Source: Octopus vulgaris (taxonomy: Eukaryota). From it: a stretch of 64,000 bases of DNA. Below the pieces are notes generated by a model, which was not told where the DNA came from, made no database searches, and saw only the letters and a list, made by a program, of their open reading frames with translations. Shown here in pieces: positions 13,035 to 25,156 of the stretch. Each line of letters begins with the position of its first letter. Position 1 is the stretch's first letter. The stretch is taken from NCBI GenBank assembly GCA_951406725.2, contig OX597814.1:28582001-28646000 (forward strand), read 5' to 3'. The position numbers were made by a program, and so were the translations under genes.

Positions 13035-13038
<4 letters not shown>
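12704..13038. mobile_element. Fold-back element in (TA)n: 100-bp unique tail plus perfect 108-bp inverted repeat (probable PLE terminus)
   Basis: Arms 12805-12912 and 12931-13038 are reverse complements with an 18-nt spacer; homologous to 36819-37270. Confidence 0.85.
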
Positions 13039-13084
<46 letters not shown>

Positions 13085-13279
13085 TAACGATCTAAGGAAA
13101 ATAATTCCTTCAAAGGGGGGTGCAAAAAGCATCCAATTCACGGGTATGTCAGTTGAATACCATATAGATATGAGTATAATGCAAATTACAAAGATAAAAT
13201 TAAATAGTGATATATTATTTATTTATTTATAATATAACATAATATATGATAACATAAACTATCATAAAAACATTCAAAT

Positions 13280-13357
13280 ACCAACAATTTATTTCGACTT
13301 ATATACATTTTTTGATATATAAACAATTCCTTTATATATAAGTCTCATCAGAGCCAG
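13280..13357 (-). ncRNA. Hammerhead-ribozyme-like motif (degenerate)
   Basis: Minus strand: CTGATGA GACTTATATA ... TATATAAGTC GAAA taaattgtt; 10-bp stem II. Confidence 0.6.
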
Positions 13358-14650
13358 AGTTTAAAGACAGGCGAAATTCTGTGTGAAAGGACGGCTGCAT
13401 TGTAAAAACTTAATTCAAATGCCTATGTATTATCAGTCTGAGCATTAACTATTCAATTACAATTTTTTTTTAAATCATCAAAAAATATTAACGGACAAAA
13501 ATAATTAAGTAAGTGTAATCTACAACTGTCGAAATATATTTCTATACATCTCCAAAAATATTAATCCAAACTCGTTTGTGTTTAAGAGATTCTTTGCTGT
13601 TATAACATACAACAATGATATATATGTGTATATAATTAAGTATCAGGGTCTTGCTTTATCTAGAATTAAAAATGCATACTATTTATTGTCATTTAATTTA
13701 AGAATAATAATATTAATTATTTTATCGTGAACAATCCTTAATACTTGTTTTGTTATGTTACTTAATTTTTACTTATTTACAGAGTTCTCCCTTCCATGAT
13801 ATACGAATAATAATCCTTATTTAAGTAACTCCAAATCCGGCTACTTCTAAAAGAACTAATAATATGTTGATATCCATTATTATAGCCTAGCTCTATATCT
13901 ATGGGGTGTTTAGTTTATAGTGTTTACAGCCATAAGTTTATCTTAATATTTATTACGGAATTCTCCCTACGATAAATTAAGTAAACAAAGAAACTTCTTT
14001 TTTTTAACAACGAAAAAACAGAGTACAAGACAAATACAAGGAATATTCCCCTTCATCAGCTGCCCCTGGTTCGACTCAATGCATGTTTCGAAGGTAAGGG
14101 CAGAACACGATCCGGCCGAAGCAATCCTTCCTGCAAAATGAATTAAATAAAATTCTTTTGCAGAGGGGTAAAAAAAAAAAGGAAAGAAAAAAAGTGACAA
14201 GAACAGGACGTAAAAGCAATACAAATAAAAAACACAGTACACATAAAGAATAAAAACAGGACAAGGAAACCAACATTGAGGGCTTTTTTAAGCCTAGACG
14301 GTGGAAAAATTCGTAGGTAGATAGGTGTGTAGGTAGACATTAATATAATGTCTTGTCAGTCTGAGTAGGTTGAAGGATTCCTCATTCACATCTTGATGGC
14401 AGATCAGAAACTTTGTTGCCCTGTACCATTCATATTTATTACGGAATTAGCCCTCCAATAAATAATATTTATAGAATATTCCTATTAGTTACTTTAAACA
14501 ATTTTTTAAATATCTGTAGCTTTAAATAAATAGAAGAGTTATTATATATTAAAGTTATAATTATCATATATATATTTTTTACACGTTTTATTAGAGTTCT
14601 AGATAAAGCAAGACTCTGATACTTAGTTATATACACATATATATCATTAT

Positions 14651-14950
14651 GTGGAGGCGCAATGGCCCAGTGGTTACGGCAGCGGACTCGCGGTCGGAGG
14701 ATCGCGGTTTCGATTCCCAGACCGGGCGTTGTGTGTGCTTATTGAGTGAAAACACCTAAAAGCTCCACGATGCTCCGGTAGGGGGTGGTGATCCCTGCTG
14801 TACTCTTTCACCACAACTTTCTCTCACTCTTTCTTCTGTTGGCCTGCTCGCTTAGCCAGCAGGGTGGCGTCGTTCGAAGGCTAAAACAATGCGAACGCAT
14901 TGTGACCAGCGATGTGTAGCAACATCTGATGGCCTGGTCGGTCACGTGAT
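14651..14950 (+). mobile_element. SINE family B head with tail type 2
   Basis: B head, then gttggcctgctcgcttagcc...acatctgatggcctggtcggtcacgtgat; approximate TSD atatat(c/t)attat. Confidence 0.9.
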
Positions 14951-15045
14951 ATATTATTATTGTATGTTATGATAGCGAAAGATTCTCTTAAATATAAACG
15001 AGTTTGGATTAATATTTTTTGAGATATATAGAAATATATTTCAAT

Positions 15046-15455
15046 AGGCGCAGGAGTGGCTGTGTGGTAAGTAGCTTGCTAACCAACCACATGGTTCCGG
15101 TTTCAGTCCCACTGCGTGGTACCTTGGGCAAGTGTCTTCTGCTATAGCCCCGGGCCGACCAATGCCTTGTGAGTGGATTTGGTAGACGGAAACTGAAAGA
15201 AGCCTGTCGTATGTATGTATATATATATATGTGTGTGTGTTTGTGTGTCTGTGTTTGTCCCCCTAGCATTGCTTGACAACCGATGCTGGTGTGTTTACGA
15301 CCCCGTCACTTAGCGGTTCGGCAAAAGAGACCGATAGAATAAGTACTAGGCTTACAAAGAATAAGTCCCGGGGTCGATTTGCTCGACTAATGGCGGTGCT
15401 CCAGCATGGCCGCAGTCAAATGACTGAAACAAGTAAAAGAGAGTAAAAGAGAGTA
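15046..15455 (+). mobile_element. SINE family A, full length (about 410 bp)
   Basis: tRNA-like head (tggctgtgtgg, ggtttcagtcc), internal (TA)(TG) tract, tail ggcggtgctccagcatggccgcagtcaaatgactgaaac(aagtaaaagag)n. Confidence 0.95.
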
Positions 15456-15624
15456 ATAGTTATAGCTTACACTTAATTATTTTGTCAGTTAAAATTTTGT
15501 TGTTTTTTTATTGTAATTGATATGTAATTGAATAGTTAACGCTTACGCTCATAATACATAGGCATTTGATTTCATTTTTTACAATGCAGCCGTCCTTTCA
15601 CACGCAATTTCGTCTATCTTTAAA

Positions 15625-15705
15625 CACTGACTCTGATGAGACTTATATATAAAGGAATTGTTTATATAAAAAAAAATGTATATAAGTCGAAACAAGCTGT
15701 TGGCA
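15625..15705 (+). ncRNA. Hammerhead-ribozyme-like motif (PLE type I-like)
   Basis: CTGATGA 15633-15639, stem II 15640-15649/15679-15688, GAAA 15689-15692, short near-palindromic stem III caagctg, triplet GTT; stem I weak. Confidence 0.65.
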
Positions 15706-15776
15706 TTTTAATGTTTTTATAATTGTTTATGTTATCTTATATTATGTTATATTATAAATATTATGTTATATTATAA

Positions 15777-16931
15777 GATGCTGTTGACATCGTTTTACTG
15801 GACTTTGCCAAAGCTTTTGACTCGGTAAACCACCGCCTATTGCTTGTCAAGCTTCAAGCATATAGTTTCCATCCGGATATTGTACGATGGGTTGGTGCCT
15901 TCCTCTCAGATCGCTCCTTCCAAGTCCAAGTTAATGGTTCGCGGTCCGACGTCTCCAGTGCGAGCAGTGGCGTGCCTCAAGGTTCAGTGCTTGGGCCCTT
16001 GTTGTTCTTAGTCTTCATAAATGACTTGCCCGACGGCCTCACGCAACACACCCTTCTATTTGCCGACGATATCAAACTGGTCGCTCCTCGCGGTAATATA
16101 GAGGATCTTCGTCGATGCCTCCACCAAATTTGGAAGTGGTCTAACAATTGGGACCTGTGTCTGAACGTGTCAAAGTGCTGTCATCTGCCTGTCGGCTCTA
16201 CTCCTGCAACTCAACTTGATTTCGAGCCGGGTCGTCTGCTGCTGGAGAGGACCGATCAGGTAAAGGACCTAGGTATCTTGGTGGATTCCTCCTTTTCGCC
16301 TTCGGCCCAGTGCGTCCATGCTGCCAACAAAGCACGCGGAATTCTGTTCTTGATTCGACGGTCATTCGGAATGCTCACAGCAGCCATATTCCTACCACTC
16401 TATGTCACGCTGGTGAGACCCATATTGGAGTATGGGATTCAAGCCTCTTCTCCTTATCTCCTCAAAGACATACAGCATCTCGAAAGAGTCCAGAAGCTGG
16501 CTGCCCGCATGGTTCATGGTCTCAAAAGTTTGTCCTACGAAGAAAGGCTGAGGACGCTCGACCTTTATTCTCTAGAAAAACGCCGCCGCCGTGGTGATCT
16601 CATTCTCGCCCACAACATCATAAGCGGAAAGTGTAACCTCTCGAATGAGCTGTTCTTCACTCCTGCTCCAGAGCGTCGGCTGCGGGGTCAGAGCTCTACC
16701 TGCGACGATTTCATCTCAATCGAAGGAGAGGAGCTTTCTCCGTCCGGGTTGCGGATCCGTGGAACAAGCTGCCAGACGAGATGGTGAAGATGCCGACGAC
16801 TGCTTTGTTCAAAGCCTCCCTTGACCTCAAGTGGCCTGAACTCTTTACATGAACACCACCCTGTACTTAACTCCATGTCCCCCTACATGGCCTTGCTATT
16901 TGCTTTTGAGCCAAATTAACTAACTAACTAA
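15777..16931 (+). mobile_element. 5'-truncated CR1-group LINE, reverse transcriptase region and 3' end with (TAAC)n tail
   Basis: LDFAKAFDSVNH..SGVPQGSVLGPLLFLVFINDL..LFADDIKL..KDLGI..LYVTLVRPILEY..LERVQ..YEERL..LEKRRRRGDLI (ORF 15840-16787, late frameshift). Confidence 0.95.
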
Positions 16932-17074
16932 ATAAATAAATAGATAATATTTGGATTGTCAATTGTATCTCTATTTAATTTTATATATATTGACAGCAGT
17001 GGTTATATTGGTGGTGATGGTATCTTTTGTTGCTATTGGTGGTTTATTAAACTTACCTTCATACGTTATAGGTA

Positions 17075-17282
17075 TTCTTTTATTCTTTTATTTGTTTCAG
17101 CCATTTGACTGCGGCCATACTGGAACACCGCCTTTAGTCGAACAAATCGACCCAAGGACTTATTCTTTGTTAAGCCTAGTACTTATTCTATCGGTCTCTT
17201 TTGTCGAACTGCTAAGTTACGAGCACGCAAACACACCAACATAGGTTGTCAAGCAATGGTGTGGGGACAAGCACAGACATAT

Positions 17283-17374
<92 letters not shown>

Positions 17375-17623
17375 GTATGTATATAATGAGAATTTACAAA
17401 AAACAAAAGACGAAGACGGATGTGTAAACAACAGACAGATGTATTAGTTTTACGGTCGGGAAGTGAGAAAGTCTTCTACGTTTCGAGCCTACGCTCTTCG
17501 ACAGAAAGGAACACGGAAATAAGAGAAACGACAATAGGAAAAAGCAGAAAGTACAAAAAAGTTTTGAAAAGTTCAAAAGCTTCAAACGTCGTGGTGTATT
17601 GGAGCGATTTTTCATCAAAGGAA

Positions 17624-17693
<70 letters not shown>

Positions 17694-17785
17694 GACAGGC
17701 TTCTTTCAGTTTCCGTCTACCAAATCCAATCACAAGACTTTGGTCAGCCTGAGGCTATCGTAGAAGACACTTGCCTAAGTTGTCA
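17075..17785 (-). mobile_element. SINE family A, split in its microsatellite by a PLE-like insert (17385-17625)
   Basis: 3' half at 17075-17285 and 5' part at 17692-17785. Confidence 0.85.
17472..17510 (-). ncRNA. Minimal hammerhead-like motif with variant core
   Basis: Minus strand: cttt CTGTCGA A GAGC gtag GCTC GAAA CG TA gaag; second copy at 50384-50422. Confidence 0.5.
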
Positions 17786-17976
17786 AGCATGTATATATAT
17801 ATATATATATATATAGTTAAAGTTAATCCAAACAAGAAAACACAGAAAAAAACACAGCAACGCGAGGACGTGGAACAATTAAAAAATATATATATATATA
17901 CATATATATACATACATATATATGCATATACATAGATATATACATATTCATATATATATATATATATACATATATA

Positions 17977-18680
17977 TGGCCGGATGGATTCTTAGAACCT
18001 TTAGAACAAGAGAACAAGAAACCATGATGGTCCTCTGGAAGACACTTGTCCTAAGCCACTTTGACTATTGCTCTCAGCTATGGTCACCATCGAGTGTCAA
18101 GTTGATCACAGAACTTGAGGCGATCGAACGAAGCTACACGAAGAAGATAGCCTCTGTGCATCATATAAGCTACTGGGAAAGACTCAAGAGATTAAAACTC
18201 TATTCCTTGGAGCGTAGACGAGAAAGATATGCCATAATATACATCTGGAAGATCCTGGAAGGACTTGTCCCAAACTTTGGCATCGAGAGTCACACAAATG
18301 CCTGAACCGGGCGCCACTGCGTGGTACCAAGGACTCCAAATTTGCCATCAAGATGTAGGACAAGATACTGTGATAGCCTGGGCTTCAGAGGCCCACAGCT
18401 CTTCAATATCCTCCCGAAGAACCTGAGGGACCTGCATGGTGTAGATGCGGATGTCTTTAAAGTAGGACTGGATCTCTTCCTGTCAGGTGTCCCGGATGAA
18501 CCAACTTCACGACAGGAGGTGCAGATGAGGGCAGCTGCATCGAACTCTCTCATACACCAAATGGCAGTTGCTAAAAAGCATTCGTGAGGTAAAATCATGT
18601 AGCAAACCAAATGGCGGTGCCCCAGCATGGCCACAGCTCATGAGCTGAAACTGGAAAAAATCAAAAATCAAAATCAATCA
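17977..18680 (+). mobile_element. CR1/L2-group LINE 3' fragment inserted in (TA)n
   Basis: [76 protein letters not shown]; one internal stop; (aaaatc)n tail. Confidence 0.93.
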
Positions 18681-18697
18681 TATATATATACATATAC

Positions 18698-18811
<114 letters not shown>

Positions 18812-18829
18812 GTATATGTCTGTGCCTGT

Positions 18830-19030
18830 CATATATGTCTATGTTTGTCCCCCCACCATCGCTTGGCAACCGATGTTGGTGCGTTTACGTCCCCGTAACA
18901 TAGCGGTTCGGCAAAAGAGACCGATAAAATAATTACTAGGCTTACAAAGAATAAGTCCTAGGGTCGATTTGCTCGACTAAAGGCGGTGGTCCAGCACAAC
19001 CGCAGTAAAATGACTGAAGCCAAAAAATTA
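18830..19030 (+). mobile_element. SINE family A 3' half (part of an inverted duplication)
   Basis: tttgtcccc..caaccgatgttgg..ggcggtg..tgactgaa. Confidence 0.85.
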
Positions 19031-19629
19031 TAATAAAAGAATATATACTAAATATAAAGGTAAGTTTTATAAACCACCAATAGCAACAAAAGATACCATC
19101 ACCACCAACATAACCACTGCTGTCGATAGCACCTTCACCATGACAAACACAACAACAAGATACACCTATTTGCAACTCCACTACACGCCAGAAATACCAT
19201 GACTACGACCGCTAACATCATTAATACAAATGGCATCAACAACGTATCAAGAACAAACATACCTTAAGCAAATATAATGAAAACACTTGACAAGAAAATC
19301 AATTCCTGCCGTATTTGTTACTGTCTGTTGTTGTTGTTGGTGTTTTTGTTACTGCGTCACATGATGTTTCTAGACTGTATCTATCGTTGTTAATGTGGTT
19401 GTTATTGTGTCACGTGGTCGCTAGATTTATCAGTTGTTATTATTGCCATTGTTGTTACTACTGTGACATGTGATGTCTCGAGACTGTATCTGTCGTTTTC
19501 GTTCTTACTATGCCATGTGATCTCTACTGGCTGTACATAAAGTGTCTCTGTTGTTGTTACTGTATCATGTGATGTTTCAACGCATGCATGCATACATACA
19601 TACATACATACATACATACATACATACAT

Positions 19630-19660
<31 letters not shown>

Positions 19661-19670
19661 TATATATATA

Positions 19671-20183
19671 TCTATATATATAAAACTGTAGTTGTGCGAG
19701 TGTCTGTCCCCTTCGATTTAGATTCCTAACTCCTCCCACATTTTGCGGTGCAGTTTAACCAAATTCGGGTATCTTATAGTCGTGATTCATATCGAGCCCG
19801 TCTGAGTATTAGCGCGCGTCTACGATGAGTCTACGATTTTAAAAATAATTTAACATCATTTTTTATTCCATTTTAATGCATAATTTTTCGTGTGTCGATG
19901 GCGGCGGAGTTGGCGTCCATGGTCACACCTGCACCTGTTTGCTTCTCCCCCTTCTTCCCTCCCTCGTGAAGCTGTGGGGAAGGGAGTGTAAGGAAATCAA
20001 CGTCGTAAAGCGTTGTCAAGGAGACCAGCGTTCTTTTAGAACAACGACTTCATGGCTTGAAGACACCTAAACAGAAATGGCTAAGAAAGCCCGAATTGGC
20101 ATCTATAGGGGAAGTAACTCTCTAAAAATGCTTATATAGTTATTTCCCTTACAAACCCGAGCAACGCCGGGCGATACTGCTAG
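19671..20183 (+). mobile_element. Non-autonomous Helitron-like element
   Basis: 5' A|TCTATATATATAAAA; 3' GC-rich hairpin cccgagcaacgccggg followed by CTAG|T; no TSD; related copies at 28995-29291 and 40810-41190. Confidence 0.85.
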
Positions 20184-20348
20184 TTTTTATATACAGTGAT
20201 AAGGTCTCTTTTCAGTTGTTTAGTATCATGTAGTTTCCTTCTCTCACAAAATGAAGTCTATCAATAGTTATAACGTATGTTTTCGATGTATCGCAAGGAC
20301 AATAATTATTTCGGATTACTTTTAAGGAGAGTGTATTTTGGTTAAATT

Positions 20349-20394
<46 letters not shown>

Positions 20395-20595
20395 ACATGA
20401 CATGACGTAAAATTGCTCGACCGGTTGAATAAACCGTTAGGCGAAACTTTCTTTAGAGGAAGAGAGGTGATTTGACAATTCAGCATTAATTTAAGATTGA
20501 AAAACTAAAACAGGTTCATATAATACGCTATTCGAACCACGTAACTATTGTTCGCTGATTGATTTATGAGCACGACACACGCGCACACACACAAA

Positions 20596-20644
<49 letters not shown>

Positions 20645-20996
20645 CCCACACGCGCAAACAAACACATGCGCCCAAACACACACAGACGAATGTTCTCAGA
20701 CATACATACGGAATAAATAAAATTGTTATGCATATATAAAATTCTTTGTTCTTACTATAAACCTGCAATAAAAATATCGTAATAAACCACGCATCAAAGT
20801 TGTGTGGTTAATTCTAATAGTTTTTGATGCACAGATAGAATTTTTAGTTTTATTCATGCATCGAACAAAGATGAATTTAACAGTTCGTTATATGCTTATG
20901 GTGAGTGGCACCTTTTATGTTTTATAACGATATATCTGTATCTTATATACATACACACACACGCACACAGACACACAGACACAGACACACATATAT

Positions 20997-21035
<39 letters not shown>

Positions 21036-21445
21036 GAAAGGAGACAAAATAATCAAAATAATTGTCTACATTGTTTATATAAACTGAAGTGGAGAGTCTA
21101 TAATTGTTTTATGTGAGTGTATATATATATAGTTATGTTTTGAGTTATCATTATAGGTTATGTGTTGAGATATCAAAGTAGATATTTATATAAAAATATA
21201 AGTGAATATATAATAAAATGGAAAACAAATGAGTAGAAATAAATTAATTTGATAACTAAAAAGTGTTTATGTTTATGAATTTGACAGGTTTTTTTTTTCG
21301 TGTCTGATAATGAAAAGTGATAGGTTTAAGATGACGTATTTTATTTAAATATATGTGGCTGACGGTCAATAATGGAATTAAACAAATAACAAGATGTTAT
21401 TTATACTTCATTGTTATTTATAAATGCTAAAATTAACAAGGACTG

Positions 21446-21503
<58 letters not shown>

Positions 21504-21806
21504 TTGTGGGTGTTAATTCAACAGATCTGTTTACATATAGCTGTGACAAATTGATATGTTTGCAATGATAAGTTGTAATTATTGTGAAGAGTTGGCGTGC
21601 AATAGAATTTTGTTTCATTTGCTACAAGTAGATCTCGTACAAGTAGATCGTATAATCAAGCAATTAACGGGATTCCACAGTCATATGAATGAATTAAGAT
21701 TGCTCTTTAGTATAGTCGTATTAGAATATAGTACCTTAATGACATTTTTGGGGTAGCAGTTGATTACATCTGTAATATCCTTCTTACTAAAGGTACAAGG
21801 CCTGAA

Positions 21807-22468
21807 AAGCGGCGAGCTGGCAGAAACGTTAGCACGCCGGGCGAAATGCGTATCCGTATTTCGTCTGCCGTTACGTTCTGAGTTCAAATTTCGCCGAGGT
21901 CGACATTACCTTTCATCCTTTCGGGGTCGATAAATTAAGTACCAGTTACGCACTGGCATCGATATAATCGACTTAATCCGTTTGTCTGCCCTTGTTTGTC
22001 CCCTCTATGTTTAGCCCCTTGTGGGCAGTAAAGAAATAAGAAACGTTAGCACGCCGGGCGAGATGCGTATCCGTATTTCGTCTGCCGTTACGTTCTGAGT
22101 TCAAATTTCGCCGAGGTCGACATTGCCTTTCATCGTTTCGGGGTCGATAAATTAAGTACCAGTTACGCACTGGCATCGATATAATCGACTTAATCCGTTT
22201 GTCTGCCCTTGTTTGTCTCCTCTATGTTTAGCCCCTTGTGGGCAGTAAAGAAATAAGAAACGTTAGCACGCCGGGCGAGATGCGTATTTCGTCTGCCGTT
22301 ACGTTCTGAGTTCAAATTTCGCCGAGGTCGACTTTGCCTTTCATCCTTTCAGGTTTGATAAATTAAGTACCAGTTACGCACTGGAGTCGATATAATCGAC
22401 TTAATCCGTTTGTCTGTCCTTGTTTGTCCTCTCTGTGTTTAGCCCCTTGTGGGTAGTAAAGAAATAGG
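21807..22468 (+). mobile_element. SINE family C head-to-tail trimer with a single 16-bp TSD, inserted in an older minus-strand C copy (continuing to about 22645)
   Basis: Three units of about 210-230 bp; TSD aggtacaaggcctgaa at 21791-21806 and 22466-22481. Confidence 0.93.
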
Positions 22469-25022
22469 TACAAGGCCTGAATTCTTTTTCTTTGATGGTG
22501 GTGGGGTGCTACTCGATTACATCCCGGTGTTCAACTGAGTCTTATTTCAACAACCCCGAAAGGATGAAAGGAAAAGTCGACCTCGGTGGAATTCGAACTA
22601 AGAACGGACGAAATGCGGCTAATTTTTTTGTTCGGTTGTCTAACTATTTTGCCAGATCGTTGCCGTCTCCTACATGTGTAGTATCATCCACAGAAATGAG
22701 ACGGCGTCTGGCAAAATGTTGGACTGCGCAACGTTCGCTATACCATGTTCGAATTCCACCGAGGTCACTTATTCGCTACTCCTCGGGGTTGTTAGTAAAC
22801 TATTTGAATAATACACGAGATCGGGGGGACCCTAGACAAACATTAGAGCTTCAGTGTGACAGAGAACGAAAAGAACTTGCGGCATAACCTCAGCATGCAG
22901 AACTATTCCCAAGGTGTACTGCGAGCGACATAGAAATTTAACTGGAATGCAAGCGCATGGGCAACTCAGATGTACCGCACCCTATATTTTCTCTATGTTA
23001 GGGGAAATCGGCATCTTATGATAGTCGTAACTATATTCCAAGGTAGAGGCTATTGGTTACTCCGGCAGGCATGCTATTTTCGCCCAAGCGGCGGTTGTTT
23101 TTTCAGACGAAATCCGAGGTCCCGTAAAAGTGAAGCTTATTCCTTTCAGAAGACTTAATCCGTTATTGAGTCCAATTGTTTGTGACTCTCTAGTAAAGAA
23201 ACATATCAATTTCGTCACTAGCAAAAACCCACTGATTATTTGCTAAAAGTGAGGTGGTTTGTTAATAGCATTTATCACCTACGTCTTTGTCTTCTTTTAA
23301 CCCCTTGTATAAACAAGTAGAATCCTTTTCCGCTTTTTCAAATCAGACTATATCTTAAATAAATTAAGTCTCTTAAGCTATCGATCTAATCGCAGAAACC
23401 TCCAAATAGTAAAAAAACATTGAAAAAAATTCCAAAAAAACGTCTACCCATTTTGTTGGTAGAGCTTAGATTTTATATTTCTATTTATAATTAACATCCT
23501 TAACACATTGGTAATATTGGATCAATAAATACAATTGATAAGACTGGCATTGGGTGCCGCTCTATCTCTCTATTCTTTCTAAAGGTTTGTGCTGATGGTC
23601 TATGTGCGAAAATGTGAAATTAAGTGAGATATCACTGGTTGAAGCATGGTCTACGCTATGTTAATACTTCACATGAACTAATTGGATCAAGCAGAAAGTA
23701 TGTGACTTCAAAACTGATGCCGCCAGTGCGGTTTATAGTGAACGTGATTACAATGCATCACAGATTTTATGTAATAAGTCTGAGAACACGTGTATTTAGG
23801 CGCATGTGTTTGGGCTTAGAGATGAAAATGTGTATATTAACCAGAGAGACTTTATTAATGTGTTCGCCGTGTATGTTGCTGACAATAGCAGAAACGTGAG
23901 GTTCGTGCTTATTATAGAACCTGAGTAAATGTAATAATGCTGAAGTGTGCATCCTCTCTTCCTAACAGGGAAAAAGCACGCATTTATACCTATAATTTTC
24001 ACAGATGAAGTTGTCATTTGTGTGAAGAGTATCAGCTGTGTGTTATAAATTTAACCGTACCTCTCCTTAAAAAATATTGTCCCGATACATGTAAAGAATA
24101 CAGTTGAAGACTTCATGTGAGAGAAGGAAAACATGATGAAACAATAGACAGTCACTGTATAACTTAGCAGTACCCGGCGTTGCTGGCAAAGGACTTAACA
24201 GTATATTCTAGATGCTTCTAGTATTTTCTGCCATTTCATTTAGTGTAAGCCATAATTTGTTCTAAAAGAACAGCTGTCTATACAACGCTTATTGATTTTT
24301 ACTTTTAAATTAAAAGAAAGCAAACGGAAGTGCAGGTGTATAATCATTTTTACAAGTGTACATTCAAAATTGAATAAATAAATGTGTTAAATTATTTTAA
24401 AATTAGTCTTACCATATTATATATCACGACTGTATAAGATACAAGTTTGGTTATAATACCCAAAATGTGGGTATATATCTAAATGACAGAGCAAATCGTA
24501 TATATATAGTATATATATATGTGTGTGTATGTTTGTATGTATGTTGTTCATATGTATCTTAATATGTATGTATGTGTATATGTATTAGCGGTTGAAATCG
24601 ATGATACGAAGCATCATCAATGGGATCAATGGCATAGTACATCTGTCACAGTAGCTCGAACGAATGACAATAACAAGATACTTCGCAGGATAAAACCACA
24701 TTGACGATAGATAAAGAAACATATGTGAGCAATGGCAAACAACAACAAAGACAATATGTTGTGTTTCATTATATGTGTTCTTGAAAGTTGTTGAATATTT
24801 GAATGTGTTAGTGGTTATCACAATCTTAGTGAATTTATCAAAACGTGTATTTGATGGTGTTAATTTTGTTGCATTTGTTACCGTATATATTCATTATAAT
24901 ACATCATACGTATGTACAATCATAAAAATCTTTCCATGGCTTATTCTTTGTAAACATGAGAATGTATTATACTGATTACAAACGTGAAATACATATACAT
25001 CTACAAATACATAGACATATAC

Positions 25023-25114
<92 letters not shown>

Positions 25115-25156
25115 CAGTGTTGTATAGTGTGTGTGAATGTATATATATATATATAT

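Larger units (their letters stand above)
13081..16984. mobile_element. Old Penelope-like element with inverted arms carrying hammerhead motifs; right arm interrupted by SINE B, SINE A and a CR1 LINE
   Basis: 13194-13665 is the diverged reverse complement of 14597-14650 + 14951-15045 + 15456-15760 + 16931-16984. Confidence 0.75.

Noticed and set aside
15840-16787. 315-aa RT ORF as a functional gene or a retron/DGR-like system
   Set aside because: Typical 5'-truncated CR1-group LINE lacking the N-terminal RT and endonuclease, with a frameshifted C-terminus and a (TAAC)n tail.
21807-22468. Regular repeats that might suggest a CRISPR array (also 27291-27850)
   Set aside because: Units are about 190-220 bp SINE-derived copies without unique spacers; eukaryotic context and no cas genes.
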